Positions 60,121 to 64,000 of a stretch of DNA of 64,000 nt are shown here, in pieces. The position numbers and the translations under genes were made by a program. Origin of the DNA: Trichoplax adhaerens (Eukaryota; Animalia; Placozoa); assembly GCF_000150275.1 (NCBI RefSeq), contig NW_002060945.1, positions 8,448,011-8,512,010 of the forward strand, written 5' to 3'. How positions within the stretch are numbered: position 1 is the stretch's first letter; the number at the start of each line of letters is the position of its first letter. Under the pieces are notes generated by a model. It did no database searches. It was not told the origin of the DNA and saw only the letters and a program-made list of their open reading frames with translations.

Positions 60121-63100
60121 ATGGCGGACAACCCCCAGACCTTAGCTATCTCGGAGATGGAGGTATAAAACTATTTCTATTCCTATTCTTCCTATCATAA
60201 TATAGCCTACTCTAGAATGGTTCATATTTAAATGACGCTATTGCATTGATGCCTGTACTGTATTTTATGCATCCATGGCTGAATAGACAGTTCAAATCAG
60301 TCATGTTGTAAATACAGTACTGTTGTGATCATAGGAAAGTACAAGCACGTCGACAAAAATGAATCCCAATCCCGTGATATAACTTGTGATATCGCTGTCA
60401 TCATGAGCCGATCAGTATATTTGCACTACAGCTTACGGCGCAACATTACTCGTATAAATTCAACTCCGCATTGTTGTTAATCCACTGAAAGTACCCTTTG
60501 TAGTGTCGGTGATCTTCACTCAGTTGAGCCGATGACCGTTGCAAAACATAGCTAAGAATAACGTAATGAGCATAGTTTCAAGTAAGAGAGTAATAACATA
60601 CTACTCACTTCAATCTAATTTACAAATTCACATCGCTCTCAGATATTGAATTTCACTTATCAATGACTGATTTTGTCACTGAAACAACAACTAGCAAAGA
60701 TCCTCAATCTTGAATACACAATATTTGAGTTTTCGGCTAATTCAATATACTGTACTTGATGCAAAATTTTATTTTAATGTCTAGTCTTTCTGCAATCATA
60801 TAGAATTGATTGAATCTATATAATTCTATTCTCTATATCGTAACAGGACGAAAATGACGATCGAGGTAATATCTCGCAGAGGAATAATAACGAAGGTGAT
60901 GATGAATATGAAGACGATGAAGATGAAGATGAAGATGAAGATGAACCTTTGTTCAAGTACTCTCAATTGGGCAACGAATTTCTTAATATTATGAAGGATA
61001 GAGCGACAACTTGCTTTGCTGTTCATACAAAGGTAACAAATCAAAATCTACTATTTAGTTTTATATCAGCCTCGATATGATATCGGTTGAATTAAGCATG
61101 TCTTATTTGGACCCAAACAGTTTTTAGCTATTGGTACCGATTTTGGCACTGTATTTGTGCTCGATTCCATGGGTAACTGTATTGCAAAGTATGATAATGT
61201 TGTAAGTATAAAATATGACATTATATTAGCAGACTGTTTCTATAACTTCTTTTATTATAAAACTATTGCTTAGAAAGTGATAATGCGTAGAATTAACTTC
61301 CAGATCGTTCATGAGATTGCTACAGTAAATTTTTATCATCATCAATGTCTGATGTTGCTTTTATTTGGGATCATTTTAAGCATGGTGGTGCAATTCGCGA
61401 CATTAGTATTGACACCTATGGGGAAGTCATAGGTAGCTGTTCTGATGATGGAAAGGTACTGTCAGAATTGTTATCAGCATGATTTACAAATAAACAATGA
61501 GAGATTAACGAGTAACAAAAAACTGTAAAACATACGAAAGTTAACGAAATATATCCACAATTGATTATTTCATGTGTAGAAATTAACTGAATCGTCTTTG
61601 TATTCAATCATAGATCTCAATTATCACGGTTTTCTCGCCAAAAAGCCCTGTAGTCCTGTCTTTCGATCGTCCTACAAAGGTAGAATAACTACCCATTACA
61701 TGAGTCACATCGGGTTGCATTGAGTTACTAGGTACGTGTATTATACAGCCATCACTTTTCTTGGTTTCGTTTATAGACATTAGCACTAGCTCCAAATTTT
61801 GCCCGTTTGAAATCTAAAACCTATGTCATTGGTCATGGTGACAGAGTAAGAAGTGTTTGCAGATATTCTTATTTCAATAATAGCTTAATTCTAGCTCGTT
61901 GAAATGGTTAATCGGTGGGGTGTCTTTTAGCTATCTCTAGTATCTGCTGATTGGCTGGGACGAAATAAATTTCAAGCTATTGATGGTGGTGAAGGCACAG
62001 TAACTAATGTTCGATGGAGAGATCGTTTTATCGTGTGGTCTAATAGCGCAGTAAGGGACTTAGTACTACTTGAGTGATGACGAGTACGATCATGTATTGT
62101 TATCGTCACCTTATATTTTATACTTTATCGTGATCTGAAAATCTAATTGAAATGCTCTAATTGTGCAAATCTTTCATCTTTTAGTTCCTGGTCAAAGTAT
62201 ACGACACCTTAGCTAGAGGATTAATCTCAATTATTCAAAGACCTACGACAAATGAGTGCGTTTACTCTTCCTGTTATGACATACGTATAAAATGGCAGTT
62301 GCTTCGTTGCAATTTAGCTTTACTAAACAAACCCTTAATTAATCCTAATTTCAAATAGCTTTAGACCCGAGCTCTATCCTACGATTATCAACTGGATCAA
62401 TGACCGTAGGTTTGTTGTAGGTTCGATAGACTCTGTCAAGGTGAGAAGTTAACGTTTTATACTGTATATATAAAATTATAACCTAGCGTAAAGTGGCTTA
62501 CATCGTAACGTTACCCAAGTTAGCGGGCTAGACTGATCATTAAACCACCATTACATACTTTCCGTACATTACGTGTATAGATTTGTGCAATAAAGGAACA
62601 AACAGAATCTCATAAACCTCAGATGCTTACAACAAATATGCCTCTTTATTTTGTGGAAATCGGTATAGCTATTTTTCTTATTAATCTATGATCTCAAGCA
62701 AACTATTGACTTTCTTGATTTGATTGTTATACACGAATAGTTTCCGTTTTCAAAGTAGCGGATGCACACTTGTGTGGATTAGTTCCATACGAAGATAAAA
62801 TGGTATACATATGTTCTAAATTATCGCAATTGATTTCGTATAGTTAAGTTGTCGTATTGTTCTATAGGCCATATTATGTTTACCAACAGAAGAAGCAGTT
62901 GAAAGAGATAGACAGGAAGCCGAGGAAGACGATGACTTAGAATGGGTTTGTGCTTTTTATTGAATATTAAAATTATATGGTATAGCTTATGGGCTAAATT
63001 ATAATTTCAGGACGAAGAAGATGCTAGAAGGCCTCAGTTACGAATCATTGGTGATTTATATGCTCCCAAAAAGAAAGAAGAACATTCTAATTCATTACCC

Positions 63101-63977
63101 ATTCAAAATTTTCGAAAGTATAGATGTTTCGATTATTCCTTAGGTACTTACTGACTGATAAACGTGTCGGATTACAGTATCATCGATTTAATTGATGATT
63201 TTTGAAGTATGCTTTCTTACCGGGTTTTTAAAATGACTCCGCTGAGCCAGTCTATGTAAATTTAATGTTGTATAGTGAGGGATGAATGCGAATCACAACT
63301 CTTCATAGTCACTCCAAAAGATATCATCATTGCCAAGGTAGAGATTATGCTACGCAATTAACATTTTGTTCTTGTGCGTCAAAGAGTTCATGAAAAAAAT
63401 ATTTTACTATTGATTGTATATTTCAAACTTTGTATTTTAATTTTAGCCCAGAGACCAAGATGATCATATAGACTGGTTAATTATGCATGAAAATTTTGAG
63501 GTATAAATACGTTTAAGAACGAATAGTTACGAACGAAATAGAATTATATGTTATAACCTATTCTTTGATATTAATTATTTCGTTTATCAGTTTCGCTCTA
63601 AGCTGGTTTATATTTATTAGGAGGCTTTGGCTCTTACTGAAAAGTTAAGACTTCAAAGACACTCCGTGAAGGTGTGTGTGTTTGAGAATTAATTTCATGC
63701 AATTTTTCATTTATCGCGAATTTAAAAATTCACTATGCCATTTCTCTATTATTTCACAGAGTGTTGGAGTCAAATTTGTCCATTACTTAATTACTTCTAA
63801 GAATTACAAAGCTGCAGCCATGTAAGTTTGCTACACTGTTCCGTATAAGTCTACCTGCTTATTAAATAGTAATTAATACCTAATTTGTGTTATAGTAAAT
63901 CAGTCAAATACATGGGCAATGACAAAAACGCATGGGAAGAGTTAATTGAAAAGTTTAAGCTTGCTCAAAAACTTAAA
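60121..63977 (+). CDS. VPS41: Vacuolar protein sorting-associated protein 41 (HOPS subunit), 5' part; continues beyond the window
   Basis: Exons read MADNPQTLAISEME / acidic tract then EPLFKYSQLGNEFLNIMKDRATTCFAVHTK / FLAIGTDFGTVFVLDSMGN / HGGAIRDISIDTYGEVIGSCSDDGK / RRPQLRII / FIVTPKDIIIAKPRDQDDHIDWLIMHENFEEAL. This matches the characteristic VPS41 WD40 N-terminus and the KDIV.AK..D.DDHI.WL motif. Confidence 0.93.
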
Positions 63978-64000
63978 GTATGCCACTAAATAAGTTCTTT

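Noticed and set aside
60826-61044. Minus-strand ORF with FIFIFI run resembling a membrane protein
   Set aside because: It is the antisense of the (GATGAA)n acidic tract in VPS41 exon 2.

Overview
AT-rich, intron-dense animal genomic DNA. Short GT-AG introns and compact genes fit a non-bilaterian such as the placozoan Trichoplax; this is an inference. The minus strand carries a tandem cluster of 'short' (TMD0-less) ABCC4/MRP4-like ABC exporters. Copy A (35-9931) runs off the window start; the others are B (23806-31256), C (35428-43388) and D (48655-57478). The first four exons of a probable fifth paralog (43525-44727) are cut by a 50-N gap. VPS41 starts head-to-head with copy D at 60121 (+) and runs off the window end. 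The apparently empty spacers and several larger ABCC introns appear, on manual translation, to hold heavily decayed, apparently intronless receptor genes in both orientations. These include LRR-containing GPCR (LGR-type) relics, LRR-only fragments and two rhodopsin-class GPCR relics. Other notable elements are a composite ~110-160 bp repeat array with octamer motifs and hairpins (45855-47080), a related perfect 22-bp palindrome (32523), a 173-bp x3 tandem repeat and an AGTAC microsatellite upstream of VPS41, and divergent C-terminal PDZ-type tails among the ABCC paralogs. All relic calls come from by-eye translation and need HMM confirmation.
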